A stretch of 62,987 bases of DNA, the filler included, from Reticulomyxa filosa (Eukaryota > Protista > Foraminifera), in the NCBI GenBank assembly GCA_000512085.1. It is 12 parts of 12 records of this genome, joined end to end, with 100 filler letters (N's around TTAATTAATTAA, not from the genome) between each part and the next. Parts side by side here need not be neighbours in the genome. Positions count along the whole stretch, not along the records: positions 36,284 to 51,677 come from ASPP01024049.1; positions 51,778 to 54,168 come from ASPP01003860.1; 10 more parts are not named here. The stretch is one strand, 5' to 3'. Positions 39,527 to 52,142 of the stretch are shown piece by piece. The position numbers and the translations under genes were made by a program. Position 1 is the first letter of the stretch. Every line of letters starts with the position of its first letter. Under the pieces are notes generated by a model. The model was not told the DNA's origin. It saw only the letters and a program-made list of their open reading frames with translations, and made no database searches.

Positions 39527-42087
39527 TCTCTTAAAGTATTTAAAAATTTTGTTTTTTTTAATTTCAACTTTTTGCCGAGTTTTAGAAAAGACGTTGTTGT
39601 AAGTCAAGATCTGACCACCATCAAACTGAAAGAGTCAACAGTGAATAAATAAGAAAGCTGTTTCATTAAATTTTATTTATATGCAAAATTTCAACATAGT
39701 TTAATTGATTAAAAGGAGATTCGATTGTTATTACCAATTGGAAAGGTACAGCAATTGTTTTTTGTCGAAATATAATTAATTATGTGATGAAGCTATTACA
39801 AAAGCCAAATGAAACAAATGAATAATCACGTAGTACAAAGTAATAGAACTAAATTAAAAAATGCTGGCATTAATTGAGAAATTAATAGGTTATCGCAAGA
39901 TGTCCACGAGATATTCATATGAATGAGTGTTATTGTGAAAAATAGATTGCATCAAAGAATTTCAATGTATATTGACATCAGATTCTTAAGAATAACGAGA
40001 TGAAAATCACGATCGATAGAAAACTCATTATTAGATAAACTTAGAATAGCATTATTTAACAGAATTTATTCTGAATTGATGAAATTTAATACATGTATTC
40101 CAAAATATATGAATTTTACATAATATTGTTACTATTACATATAACTTGTTTACCAACAATAATTTCACAACAAATTATGTGCAAGTATTTGCTAGCGACA
40201 TGACAATTAATATAAATACTAATGATAAACAACCAATTGATATTATTACAGCGTATTTATGAAATATCAATGTATGAATAAATGGAAAATGACAAGCTAT
40301 TAAATTCATTCTGGCATAAACATAGGAAATAAAGCTAATCAACATATAATTTATTATGTAAAACAGCTAGTCTAAGTATTAGTATTTGAAATGCAATATT
40401 TAGATTAAAGACAAAGATAAATTTGAATTATCTTATATAACGCAATAGATTGCGATAGTTTTTTAAGTTAGAGTGCATTGACAAAAAATATGTCATTGCA
40501 ATAATGCGAAGAAACTAAAATTAATAAATTAAAATAAAATAATAAATTACTGATTGCTGCTAGATATGAATTTTTAATGTTTTAGCAATGTAAATATTCA
40601 ATCAGAAAATATGCAACCGTTTCTTCTTCTTTACGCTTATTCAATCTGGTGAATAATCAATCTTAGGCAAATGTATAATATTCTGCAAATGAATCTACGT
40701 TATGCACTTTCAATTTGTGAAGTACGATACTTCAAAATGCATGCGTATCAATCAAATTATTTAAGAGTATTTTATTATTGATTGTGGATTAACATTAACT
40801 ATGCCTATAGAAAAGCATAAAAGGAACTTTGTTATTTGATGTTTTATGTTCATACAAAGGATTAGACCAAGTTTAAGTATATATAATTTGTTGTATAAAG
40901 CAGTTATACACTTTCATTTGAATATGCATGTGCGTTTTGAAATGGTGATGCTAATTGTCGTAAAAGAATATTAGAAATACAAAGAAAATAATGTAGAATT
41001 CTTATAGTTATGAATTCTACTTTGTATTTTTTTTAAGCTTTTACACCGGGAGGACGTGAAAGTACTTTTCTTTACACTTTAGTGGTATATGATTAAGTGC
41101 GAATAACAATAAGAAAGTACCTAGACCAAAATAGATCATGTACAAATATAAAAGAAAAACACAAAATTACAATAGTTATTCCAAAAACAAAAAACTATTC
41201 AAAATTTATTAAAGTTTGAATGAAAATATTGAAGTTTTCTTCTAGCTGTAACAACGAACTTTGCAAGTTTCTTTATAACTCTGATCATTGTATAATGTTT
41301 TCATGTATTATCAAAATTTCTCATGTTCGATATCCTAAGTTGAAATAATTGAAACAACATTTTAATCGATGCTAGCTATATATCTATAAATTTTTGATAG
41401 TGTTGACATTTCATTATAAAATATTTCATATTTTCTTTTTCTTCAAATCATTTACAATCTAGTGATATCATTCTTTTGATCTTGAATATATAATTATTTA
41501 ATCAAACTTTACATATAATTACTATGCAAACATATATGCGTTTTTGCAATTCTAATCTATGAAGTAATATCTTTCAAATGACATCTGTTCAATCAATAAT
41601 CATTTGTATCGGTAAAAAAATTGATAAATTCATGTAAATTCAAAAAAGATTTAGTTTTATCTAGTCTTATATCAAAGTTTAACCAATTTATGCTGCTAGT
41701 TTCGTTCGATTTACTATTTTGTATGCTTTTTCATTTCTTGTAATTTTTAATCCAATATATTTTGTGTAATACTTAATATCAAAGTTATGTCGTTAATATT
41801 TGTGTTTTGATGCAATATTGATATAAAAGATTTACCAAATGGCTGCAAAAGAATCATATACTCTTCATTGATCCTCGTTCTTTATTTCCTTTTCTAAGCA
41901 ATCATAAATCAAATGTGTTCGATCAACATCACCACAAAATGCCTATCTGTTTATTCAGAACCGATGACTCACTGCTAATGTCTGCAGACCACGATACTGT
42001 CACAATCACATAGCATTGTTTTTATTTTCTTATCCACTCTATTTCCGAATCATTTGTAACAAACAAAAAGAAAAATGTTGTCACGAA

Positions 42088-42171
42088 ATCATAGCATCGG
42101 TAGTTGTGCAAAAATGTTATGACAGAGAAATTTCGGAAGCGATCATAGCATCGGTAGTTGTGCAAAAATGT
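42088..42171. repeat. Perfect 30-bp direct repeat, 2 copies, 24-bp spacer
   Basis: ATCATAGCATCGGTAGTTGTGCAAAAATGT at 42088..42117 and 42142..42171. Confidence 0.9.
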
Positions 42172-43454
42172 CCGATTGCCGATACAGAAACAAGAAAATA
42201 GTCTCTTTGTTATGAACATCTATCAAAAACGACTATATTGCCTTCAAGTTAATTGCCAGTTGAAGATAGTAATATTCATATGTGTTTTTTTGTAATCCAC
42301 AATGGTAGTTCAAAGTTGTAGATAACAACGCATTAAATCAGATATCGTGATTATCACCAGCTACGTGGACTTCATTTTCTTGACTTTGTTTTACTTTGCA
42401 TACATGTGGGCAAATAGTCAATGGATTTCGCACTGCGACAATGCCAGACACTCCATTAGTACCTGTAGTTTCACGGAAATTGTGCCAAGTAACGCAAGAG
42501 TCAAGCCCAGCAATCCTTACATTTTATGTTTTAACAGTTTGTCTTTTGATTGTGCAATGTCATTTCTTCCATACTTATATTTCTTTCTCAAATTTCAATT
42601 TTCCGTCGTTTTTTTATTCATAAAAATGAGACAACATACTGTTCTATCATTTGCTATTTTTCTGTTGGCACTTGTTAGACAAATCTACGTAATTTTGAAA
42701 TGCAACCTGATTGTTTTGATTACATTCATTTGCACTTGATCGTCATCGACGTGCTATTCAACTCTTTGAATTCCGACACTGTCAGTTATCTCTCTTCGAA
42801 ACAAAACTGTCACTACTATATCTTTTAACACTGCTTCCAATTGCAGTCTGTGTGCTTCGTCATCCAGTTTATCAGGTAAAGCCAAGTACATGTATACAAT
42901 CCACGCTTCGACACTCCCCCCGTGCGATGCATTCAAATAAAACTTTGTTATGTTTAATTATTTATGCAATGACGTGTGATTATCAGCATCATTTGTGACA
43001 TAATAAAACCAGCGAAAGTAAACGTTATTTGTTAATTGGTGTACTGTTTTTCAAAACACCAAGTTTGGTCTTCCACAGGATGGGCAAAGGCTTCAGTGTT
43101 TTGCTGTGAGACATCATAGTACTGTCCATTTCCAATTAGTCATAATTCGTCATGCGTGACTTAAAAATATTGAAACTATGTTTGAAAGATTATAAGATAA
43201 TTAGTTAAAAATTAAAATTGTGTGAGAAATCTGAATTTTCTTTGGGTGATGTTTGACCGCATTACCATTTTTTTTTAAATGGGTAGGTTGTATCTGAACT
43301 GTTTTATAATATTTTTGAACGTTCCAAAAACAGAAATGAAGAAAAAATGCTGTAAGATTTGATTCGAAGAAACAAAATTAAAGTGATATTCAATACAAAG
43401 AAAAATATAAAAAGGGGAAAAGAACAAAGAGAAGAGGATGAAAAAGCGAACGTA

Positions 43455-44501
43455 TTAATGTTTGGGTTTGTTATCTTCTGTGCTATTGTCTATTTCCTCG
43501 TTTTTTGGTTTTGAAGAGTTATGCCAAGTAGTAGAGACCCAAGGATTGGGGTTTGAATGTACATTTTTGTTGTCGATTTTAGTGTACAATGATTCTTTTT
43601 TTCGGGAATCTCTATGAAAAAAATGATAGATGTAATTAGATGGCGCCTCTGATTTGGATTGCTCGCTTTCAATCATCAAAATGCTTTGAGAAACAGTACG
43701 TTCATTAGGATTTACATAGGGATTGAAAAACAGCTTAGTGTGACAAATATGTTCGAATTGATAAGGATAAGGCGAAAATTCGTCACAAACACTTTGAGAT
43801 GGAATTTCTTTTTCATCAAAGGGCTCATCGTTGCTTATAATTTGTTGTAACTCTTGCACCACATCACTGTGCTTTGAATTTTCACACCACTCATGCAAAT
43901 ACTTACTCAAAAATCGCACTCTCGTCCAAATTTGTGTGTCATTTAGATATCCGTTGGAAATGGCGTGTATTCCCGAAGGTAGCTCACATACCAGCGCTTG
44001 GGAATCATATGAAAATGTTGATTTTGTTTGTAATATGTCTTCCATTTTTGGACGGTTTGTGATTAAAAAAATTTGAAAGGAGTTTTCTTTGCTCTCCTTT
44101 TTTTGATCATCTTTTTCATCAGTGCTATCCTTTGTCTTTGTCGGATATCCGTAGATTATGTTAAATCCGTAATACTTCTCTTTGAATGTTAAGATCTGAT
44201 GATGGGATACTTTTGGTGCTTCGCGCAACAACCATTTGGTTAATTGCCCACGAGAGGTACACTCTTTAATATTTGGCAGGGAGATTTTTTTGTTTCGATG
44301 ATTCGTTATTGCGACAAACGATCCGTTGATGCTTGAAAATCCTAACCACACCCCGTCTGTATTGGTGTCTCTTGGAGCAACAATCCCGTCCTTATCTATA
44401 ATATTCTCTGTAAAATCTCTTTCCAAATCCTCTTCTCGATTGTGAAGCATAATCACAGGATAATTTGGAATTAAACCAAATAAAAGACCGAATAAACACA
44501 T
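43455..44501 (-). CDS. TANGO2: TANGO2/NRDE family protein, intronless
   Basis: MC start, HNREE (NRDE-like), GVWLG, ITNHR, SRGQL, YGFNI, GIHAISNG. Confidence 0.88.
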   Translation of the reverse strand: MCLFGLLFGLIPNYPVIMLHNREEDLERDFTENIIDKDGIVAPRDTNTDGVWLGFSSINGSFVAITNHRNKKISLPNIKECTSRGQLTKWLLREAPKVSHHQILTFKEKYYGFNIIYGYPTKTKDSTDEKDDQKKESKENSFQIFLITNRPKMEDILQTKSTFSYDSQALVCELPSGIHAISNGYLNDTQIWTRVRFLSKYLHEWCENSKHSDVVQELQQIISNDEPFDEKEIPSQSVCDEFSPYPYQFEHICHTKLFFNPYVNPNERTVSQSILMIESEQSKSEAPSNYIYHFFHRDSRKKESLYTKIDNKNVHSNPNPWVSTTWHNSSKPKNEEIDNSTEDNKPKH

Positions 44502-45051
44502 TCTTAGATGAAGAAGAGCTGTAGGGGACTCTTCCTATAGAATTTCGCAGCCAAAACTAATTGTTTGTTATTACTCTTTCGGTAGTCGTTAGTTCTCTCT
44601 GTACGGGAGCCTTCTCTTTTATTTTTATTTAATATTTATTGCAATTAATATTCAACTCATAAATAGTGTAAGACAGTAACAAACAAATCATTAAATACTA
44701 AAATAACTCATGAAATAAATGCTATTTAAAGCAGCACTGTTAAAATTGCTCGTTATTACTTTCCTTGTGAGTTAAAAAAGTTTTTATTATTTTTGACATC
44801 TTGTGCAATAGCTAATCAAATTTGTCTAATATCTACCTTTCAATTTCTTTAGTGGCAAAATTCGGACAGTAACAAGTGGTAAAAACCATATTTTAAAATA
44901 TGGGTTTTACGTTGTTTATATGATACTGGAATTGCACAGATAAAATTAAATTGGCATTAAAAGAAATAATCTTCTTCACAAAATTGCTTTTGGAGTTGAC
45001 CTTTTTTTCTTAAAATGAAATAAATTAGTGGCTTTAACGTACCCAAAAACC

Positions 45052-46870
45052 ATGTCTAATACAGATAGTGTAATTCTACCATTAGCTCGTGCTTTATCTG
45101 TGGAAAATGAACACAATGAATTACTTCCCAACTTGGAGCTGCCCAAGCCTTTACGTAAATGCGTGTCTGATGGGTTGTTCATTGAAAATTCGAAGCTTAA
45201 ATCACACTATGGTCAGTAGGACATGAGATTGTCAAATAGAGGAAGAGCATAAGATACACAATACACATATTTAACAGAAGTTCGCACATACCGAGTAGAA
45301 GATGCGTCAGCAATTTACAATATTATGCAGCAAACATGGCCTGAGCATCCCGAAACAAGAAATGAAAGATACTGGACGAAGCAATTCATAGAAATCAAGA
45401 AGAGATATGGTTTTATCATTGAAGAGATTATACCAAGCAAGCCGAAAGATCACTTGAGCGCCGAGAGCAACGAAGATCCATCGAATGATACGAAAGATGA
45501 CAGTTCACATGACAAACAACAGGTAAGGATTGAGATAGTCATTATGTTTGTGTTGCAAATGATAAGAGAAACGATTTAAAGAATTGCATTGTCTCAAAAG
45601 ATAGCCTTGAAGAAGATCAACAACCCTGGGGTCGATGCCAAGAATCGCAAAGTAGTAGGCATTTGTATGTACATGTGGAACACCCCAGGTCCTCATGAAG
45701 ACTGGACATGGCGCGAAACAGACTGGCCATCCGAATGTTCAAGTGATGAGAAGAATTCGCAATGGCTATGGAATAGTTCAACTATCGAACAAAATAAAAA
45801 AGAGTTTGCAAAGTGTGCCTTCAACCCGAATATCAATTTGGACAAGCATTTTTCTTTAATCAAAACGCATTTTGTACATATCACTGACGTGGCAATACAT
45901 CCCGATTATCGTGGCCACGACCTGGGCTCACAATTGATGCAAACTGTCGTATATTCATTTCCAAAGGGCACCAAGTTTGGATTGGAAGTGGAAACCACAA
46001 ATATTGCGGCGATCAAATGCTACATTAAAAGTGGTTTCAATATAATCCGCGAAGTTATCTGACCATTTCAAACACTGCGTTCTTTCTTTCACTAGATTAA
46101 ACCCTAACATAATTGTGATATCAACAGGTGAAAGGCTATTATGGAATTGATCGGGTCAATAATGTGTCTAGAGATGCCTGTATACATCCCTTTGCATTTT
46201 TTGTTCGCTGTCTTCCTTTTTTATTTTCACTATGTCTTTGGCTGTGGAAATAGATAAAATGTCAATGATTTCCAATTTCAAAGAAACTGATATCCAAGAA
46301 TTCTTCCGAACATGCCAGTCGAAATATCAGGAAAAACGAGCAAAGAAATTGAAAAAAGAGTTGGAAGAGTTTTCCAAAAAAAACAAAAATCTGCAAAAAG
46401 ACCCATTTATTGAAGAAGTACTTAAGCGCTTGGGACTTGAAACGTACATAAATGCCTTCGTCGAGTTTGAGATTACTGGTGCTACCCTGGAAAACTTGGA
46501 CAGCCAATTCGTGGAGAATATTTTGCCAGTACCAGAACATAAAGAATGTTTTCTGAAATGGCTGGAAGAGTACCAAAGAAACGCCACTATTAATCAGCTC
46601 TCACTTCTTCAAAAGAAATCAAAAAGCAATGGCCAATCTGCAGAAGGTACATAACACATCATTTTCATATTCCCTTTTTTAGAAAAGTTTTAAAATTCCT
46701 TGGTGTCAATATTTAATCCAGATGAAGACCATGTTTCAGAAGGATCAAAACATGAGACTCTTAACAAAAACGTTGAAGACAGAGACAGTTTGGCGGAATC
46801 GCGAAGGAAAATCGAAAACGTAAGCATAACAAATGACATAGTTTCGGCTGAAGAGAAAAGCAACAATTGA
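45052..46870 (+). CDS. GNAT (RimI/NAA-like) acetyltransferase fused to a SAM-like domain, 6 exons
   Basis: HITDVAIHPDYRGHDLGSQLM, LEVETTNIAAIKCY, spliced KGYYG..DAYKM, then in frame EEVLKRLGLETYINAFVEFEITGATLENL. Confidence 0.82.
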
Positions 46871-47609
46871 CAATATTCGAGATTTCAGTTGAAGCCGTCA
46901 TACATCATTAGAAAAATAACATGCACCGCTTTTGTTGTGAAGCTATTATTTTTGTTGTTATGCATTAGTTTACCAAATATCAGTCATTTATTTGTTGTTA
47001 ATATCTTGTTTTTCTCCCATTTAGAATTTGTTGATTGTCACTGGAAAATTGGAAATATGCTTGAACTATAAACAATTAAATTGATAATTAACGTGTTGCC
47101 TGTTTAAATCTTTGCACTCCAAATGACAAAATACAGATACAAAAACAAGGTTATCCTTTTGCATTGGGCAAGGCAAAATGCAGATGTCCTGATTATAATT
47201 AATCTCAAAAAAAATTCTAACACTTCTTGTTTATTAAACTATTTTTCCTGGCACTTGCCAAATTATGAAAAGACCAACGAACACCGGATCATAAGATCTT
47301 AGTTTTAGGACCTTTTCAGAGTATTCAATTGCTTCTTTTTTCTTCAGTTGAAGAAAAAAAGAATTAGAAGAGAAAATAGACCAAATGATGAAGATGTTAC
47401 AATGACATCGAAAGCGTTTTACCAGCAGTTTGATTCTGTCCTTTCATTGAATAAGTTATAGTGTCTTGTCCTCGACAAGATCTCTGCTTCTAAAAAATTT
47501 GTACTTGAATATTGCATGAAAACGCCGATTTTCACCACAACACATATTTTTTCAAAACGAAATTAATTCCAAAAAAAACAACGTAAAATCTTCTCAATGC
47601 GAAAAAACT

Positions 47610-48214
47610 CTAACATTTTTTTTGCACAATGCCTGGACCACTTTCATCATACTATCTTTTGTGATCCACATTTCCTGGAAAGTACTTAAAGCTGGCCAAA
47701 ATACTTCCCCCGATCCAGACACTGTATTTTCTTTCAAATGAGAAACGATTTTTATTCGGACGCTGGCAGGAGCCAAAGTGGTCATTTCCTTGGTCAAACG
47801 GACATCAATGTTAGTGAACATAGTTGTACCACCACTCAACACAGTGTTGGTGAACAAATCTCGACTGATGTCGACATCGCATTTCATAATGCTTCCGTAA
47901 GTCAATTTGTGAATTCCATCGCTTTCCTTTCCAATCAAATTTGGCGAAACAAAACATAGTATATCTAAATCTCTCAGCTCCGATAGTGATAACCTGTCCA
48001 TCAGGCAATTCAAAGTTTTTCTGGATCTCGCTAAAGTCTCTGCTTTCTTCAATTCTGCTTGAAAGTCTTCAGCAACATAAGCCAATTTCTCCTTAATATC
48101 ACAGATGATTTCACTTTCTGCGCTGGTAGTAAAGGAATAACCCCTTTCGGTTAAAATTTTCATTAAGTATTCGGTCAAATCACTGCCAGCCAAATCCAAT
48201 CGCAAAATTACATG
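47610..48214 (-). pseudogene. ACT: Actin pseudogene fragment (C-terminal half only)
   Basis: [56 protein letters not shown], with several frameshifts and substitutions at conserved sites. No N-terminal half was found upstream. Confidence 0.9.
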
Positions 48215-48273
48215 CTAAGCAACTATAATAAACATCAAACAAAATTTAGTTAATAAAAAATTTCACAATTTCA

Positions 48274-48487
48274 TGTGCGCTTCAGAGTTGCGCGAATAAC
48301 CACTAAGCAATTTTTTTTTCGCACATTATATATTATTTTTTTCTAAAACGAAGTATCTTTCATCAAAATAGAAAGTAACTTCGTAACTTTGTGCGATATT
48401 TGTGCGATTCAGAGTTAAGTGAATAACCCCGAAGCAATTTATCTTCGCAAGTTTTCGAGTTACCTTTCATACAAAGCGAAAGGTAAC
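48274..48487. repeat. Two diverged ~50-bp direct repeats followed by a 10-bp-stem hairpin
   Basis: TGTGCG.TTCAGAGTT..G.GAATAACC.C.AAGCAATTT..TTCGCA at 48274..48323 and 48401..48449; GTTACCTTTC/GAAAGGTAAC at 48459..48487. Confidence 0.8.
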
Positions 48488-49140
48488 CGCAAATTATTGC
48501 GATAGAAAAACAAAATTAGATTTAACTTACATTTTTCTCGCTTTCTCTGGTAAAACCAGTAAACAAAACAAAAGTAACAAAAAAAACAAAGTTAGAACCC
48601 TTAAAAAAAATATTTTCGAGCTTAAAAAAGTAGAAGCGTAACAATAAAAATTTTAAACAAATATAGACTTTCACTTTTGTGATTTTCAACGCTCGATAAG
48701 TGAACAAATAATTTTTTTTCTCTTTGCAATATGTAAATAAAACTAATTTTATGTGGAGAAAAATACACGAATAAAAAGAATTCACTAAATTTATTTTTAA
48801 TTTGAAAAGAGACATTTTTAATTAAGAGTTCTTGCGACATCTCAAATTCTTGAAGTGTCATTGTTAGCAAAAAATATTGCGTTCATTTCGTATTGATATC
48901 ACAAAAAGAGATATTCTTATAACAAGTGGCCACTTTCAAGTGGAAGACTCAACGCGATTAATTTACAAGATTACTCAACGAGTGTAAAAAAGGAACTGTC
49001 ACTATGAGATCACCTAAAATATAAAAGTGGCAGTTTTTTTGTTTTTGTAATCACAAATGTCCTTTCGTCCATCCTCTTAGGTAGTAGCGCAGAGGTGGAG
49101 TTCGTGTTGCATGTTTTGATTTTGTAAAAAAAAAAGGCTT

Positions 49141-51230
49141 TTATTTAAATTTGTTTTGATATTTGAGATGTCCGATGTGTGCTAACAGTGCGTCCAATTC
49201 ATGAGGCTGATAGTTTTCATCAGCCAACTTGTCCAAGATATTCTGATATCTATTGTCTTCGATCAATCGATCAAGTATTCGTCGATATCGATAGTCTGGA
49301 ATATAAGACTTCAGCAATCCTCGCATTCGTTCCATTTCCACTGCTGCCCGTTGTGCCAACAATTTTTTGCTGTCCTTACATTCATCTAACTCTTGCTGTA
49401 GCCTCACTATTTTCTGATGCGAATATAAACATTCAAAATACAATGAGAGCACGAATTATCGGAAAAAGGAGAAAGAGAGGAAAATTGTAAACTTGCTCCA
49501 ACATGCTGATGGAACTACTTTCGGCGGGTGTGGACCTCTTGGGAGAGTTTTGCAAATCTAACTCTGTGTCTTTTCGATTGGATAATTTACTCAGCATTAT
49601 CCGAGACTGTGGCACTTGTCCCGAAAAATATCGCTTGGGTTCGTCAGATGTTTCTTCAGATTCTACTGCTTTTGCATTCGATTGTGTTTTGGCTCGATCG
49701 TCCTCGTCATGGTCATGTTCATCCCCGTCCATATTTTGTTCCTCCGCCGCCAATTCGTTTTCTTCGTCCTCTTCTTCTTGTTGTTGCAGTCGTCGATAAC
49801 GGTGTTTCTCCAGCGCCTGAGTCGACTTAATTTGCATTCTCGTCTTGACTTGCTGTGCTATAGTCTGCACATCCTCATTCTTTAATTCTCCTGCGTACTT
49901 GGAATGAAGATTGTGTGTTGCATCGTCATTGCCCATGTCTGATTCGTTGGCTTCTGTTAACTATTAAAAAAATATATATACATATATGTATGTGTATGTG
50001 ATATTGTTGAAAATGCTCCCATAAATTTCCAAGCGAAAAAAAAAGCAAACTTGTTCCAAGAGAGTAGTGACTTCAGTTGACCAGGCATCCATCAATTCGA
50101 AAACTAACTCACTTTCGGAAATCATAATTTGTGCTTCTTCTGGTGTGAGTAAAACATCATCATCAGCAGTAGCAGCTTTGGATCGATGTTGTTCATCATC
50201 ATCATCGTTTGCTTTTTTATTTGAATTGACAAAGAGCTTGGTAGTGTCAATATTCTCTTCTCTACTATTTCTGGATTTGCTATCTTTTTCTATCTTTTTT
50301 TTTTTTATCGTTCTGAAATTGCTTTTTCGTACGGGCCTGTTTGCGTTGTAATTCTTTCAATTCGTTTTCTAACGTTTGACATTCTTTGCGTAAATCTTCA
50401 CTTTCTTGGCGTTTTCTTTCGAACATCTATATTGTCAAAAAAAAAAAAAAAGAGGCAATTACCATCCTTTTTTTTCTACCCCCCCTTTGTTCAAAGTAGT
50501 GACCTTTTTCGCTTGCGTTACATTCAATTCACCTGCGTCCTGTTCAAATAGCTCCTCGATTTCATTGGGAGTCGTCTCACTTGCGTTTGACATCACACTT
50601 TCATTGCCAACTTTTGATACGACAGGGAACGAGGAAATCGTCAGAAAGCTGGTCACATTTTTTGCGGTATTATTCAGATTGGTGTGGTCGTTGTCGTTAG
50701 TCGTAGAATTAGGACTGACAATGTTATCTGAGTTGACATAGTCAATTTTGTTGGGATCATACATCATTCCTTCCGTGTACGCTTGATTCACAAATTGACT
50801 ACTGTCAAACTTATCAATGTCAATATTGTAAAACTTTTCAATCAATTGGATTTTTAATATGTAATGATCCACTCGGTGTCTTAAATTTTCTACCAATTTA
50901 AAACCAAATTCCCTTTCTTGTTCCCATTGGCGCTTTTCTATTTCCAACTGCTGGTTGTCTCTTCGATAGTCACTTAACAACAATAAACCTTCATTTTTCT
51001 CTTTTTCCCACGCTTGGCGCTCTTCGATTAGTTGCTGATATAGTTTCACATATTCTTTCTCCCATTGTTGCAACTATTGTTTTCGGGCCGTTCACAAAAA
51101 CGTCAAACCACCATATAACTAGTCAAAAAAAAAGCAAATATCACGGTAAAACCTGTTCCTTAGTTGTCATATCAGGGCGTATAAAAGTCAAAGGAGGCAT
51201 ATTTGTTTGACTACTGCTTTGCTCAGCCAT
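49141..51230 (-). CDS. Hypothetical coiled-coil protein, multi-exon (3' end uncertain)
   Basis: ATG at 51230 (MAEQSSSQ), E/K/Q-rich heptad-like exons and GT-AG introns. Confidence 0.65.
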
Positions 51231-51677
51231 TCCTTTCTGATTTGTTTTTTTTTTGGAACTTTTTTCACTCTAACTTTTTACAGTGTTAAGACAACATAGT
51301 GAAAATCTTATTTGAAAAGAATAAACAAGGTAAGTTGCAAACAGGCAAATTCTCAATACATCAATTGAATATTCAAAAGATAAACTATGAATATAATATA
51401 ACTTTTTTTAGCTTAAAAAAAGCGATTGTCTATCAATGTGCTTTTCCACTCCATACAGCGAATTTAAAAGTTTCGTATATTATTCCATACTTCACTGCAT
51501 ACACACGACACAGTCAAATACACAAATTTGTGTTTAAAGTGTCGCAAGAAATATATTTGTCTCCCTTAGGCTGATTTCTTCTTAATATTAATGATTAGTA
51601 CAAATTTTATACATTGCGCATACCTATGTGAAGCGTTGAGCACAAGTTTCAAAAGCACACTATTTTTTTACAAATTT

Positions 51678-51777
51678 NNNNNNNNNNNNNNNNNNNNNNN
51701 NNNNNNNNNNNNNNNNNNNNNTTAATTAATTAANNNNNNNNNNNNNNNNNNNNNNNNNNNNNNNNNNNNNNNNNNNN
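51678..51777. other. Artificial contig linker
   Basis: N44-TTAATTAATTAA-N44. Confidence 0.99.
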
Positions 51778-52142
51778 AGTGAAAGAGAAAAGACAAGCCG
51801 TGAAAGTGAGTAGTGTGTTTTTAGAATAAAGGGTTCTAAAGTTCACTTGTAGTGCGCGAATTACTCATTACGACATCATGAGTACTACATGCAATTTGTT
51901 TATTTCGTTAACTGACAATTAGCTAAACAAAAAAATTTTGATCAAATTTATTGACTGAATAAAAGTAGCAAGTGGATTTCATACAAAAAACAGAAAAAAC
52001 GCCAAGTTGACTTTTAATCTTAATTTAAATTTCATTTAAAATCAAATTTTTATTTGAATAATTTATTGTAGTGTGAAATATCTTTTTTATTTTGTTTCTT
52101 CCAAAGGGCCTCCTTTTTCTAAAAAACTTTAGCAACATCAGC

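Noticed and set aside
40993-41020. 9-bp inverted repeat GTAGAATTC/GAATTCTAC in a long ORF-free AT-rich stretch
   Set aside because: Short and isolated, with no second copy seen.
42088-42171. 30-bp repeat with a 24-bp spacer as a mini-CRISPR
   Set aside because: Only two units, eukaryotic context and no cas genes; a local duplication explains it.
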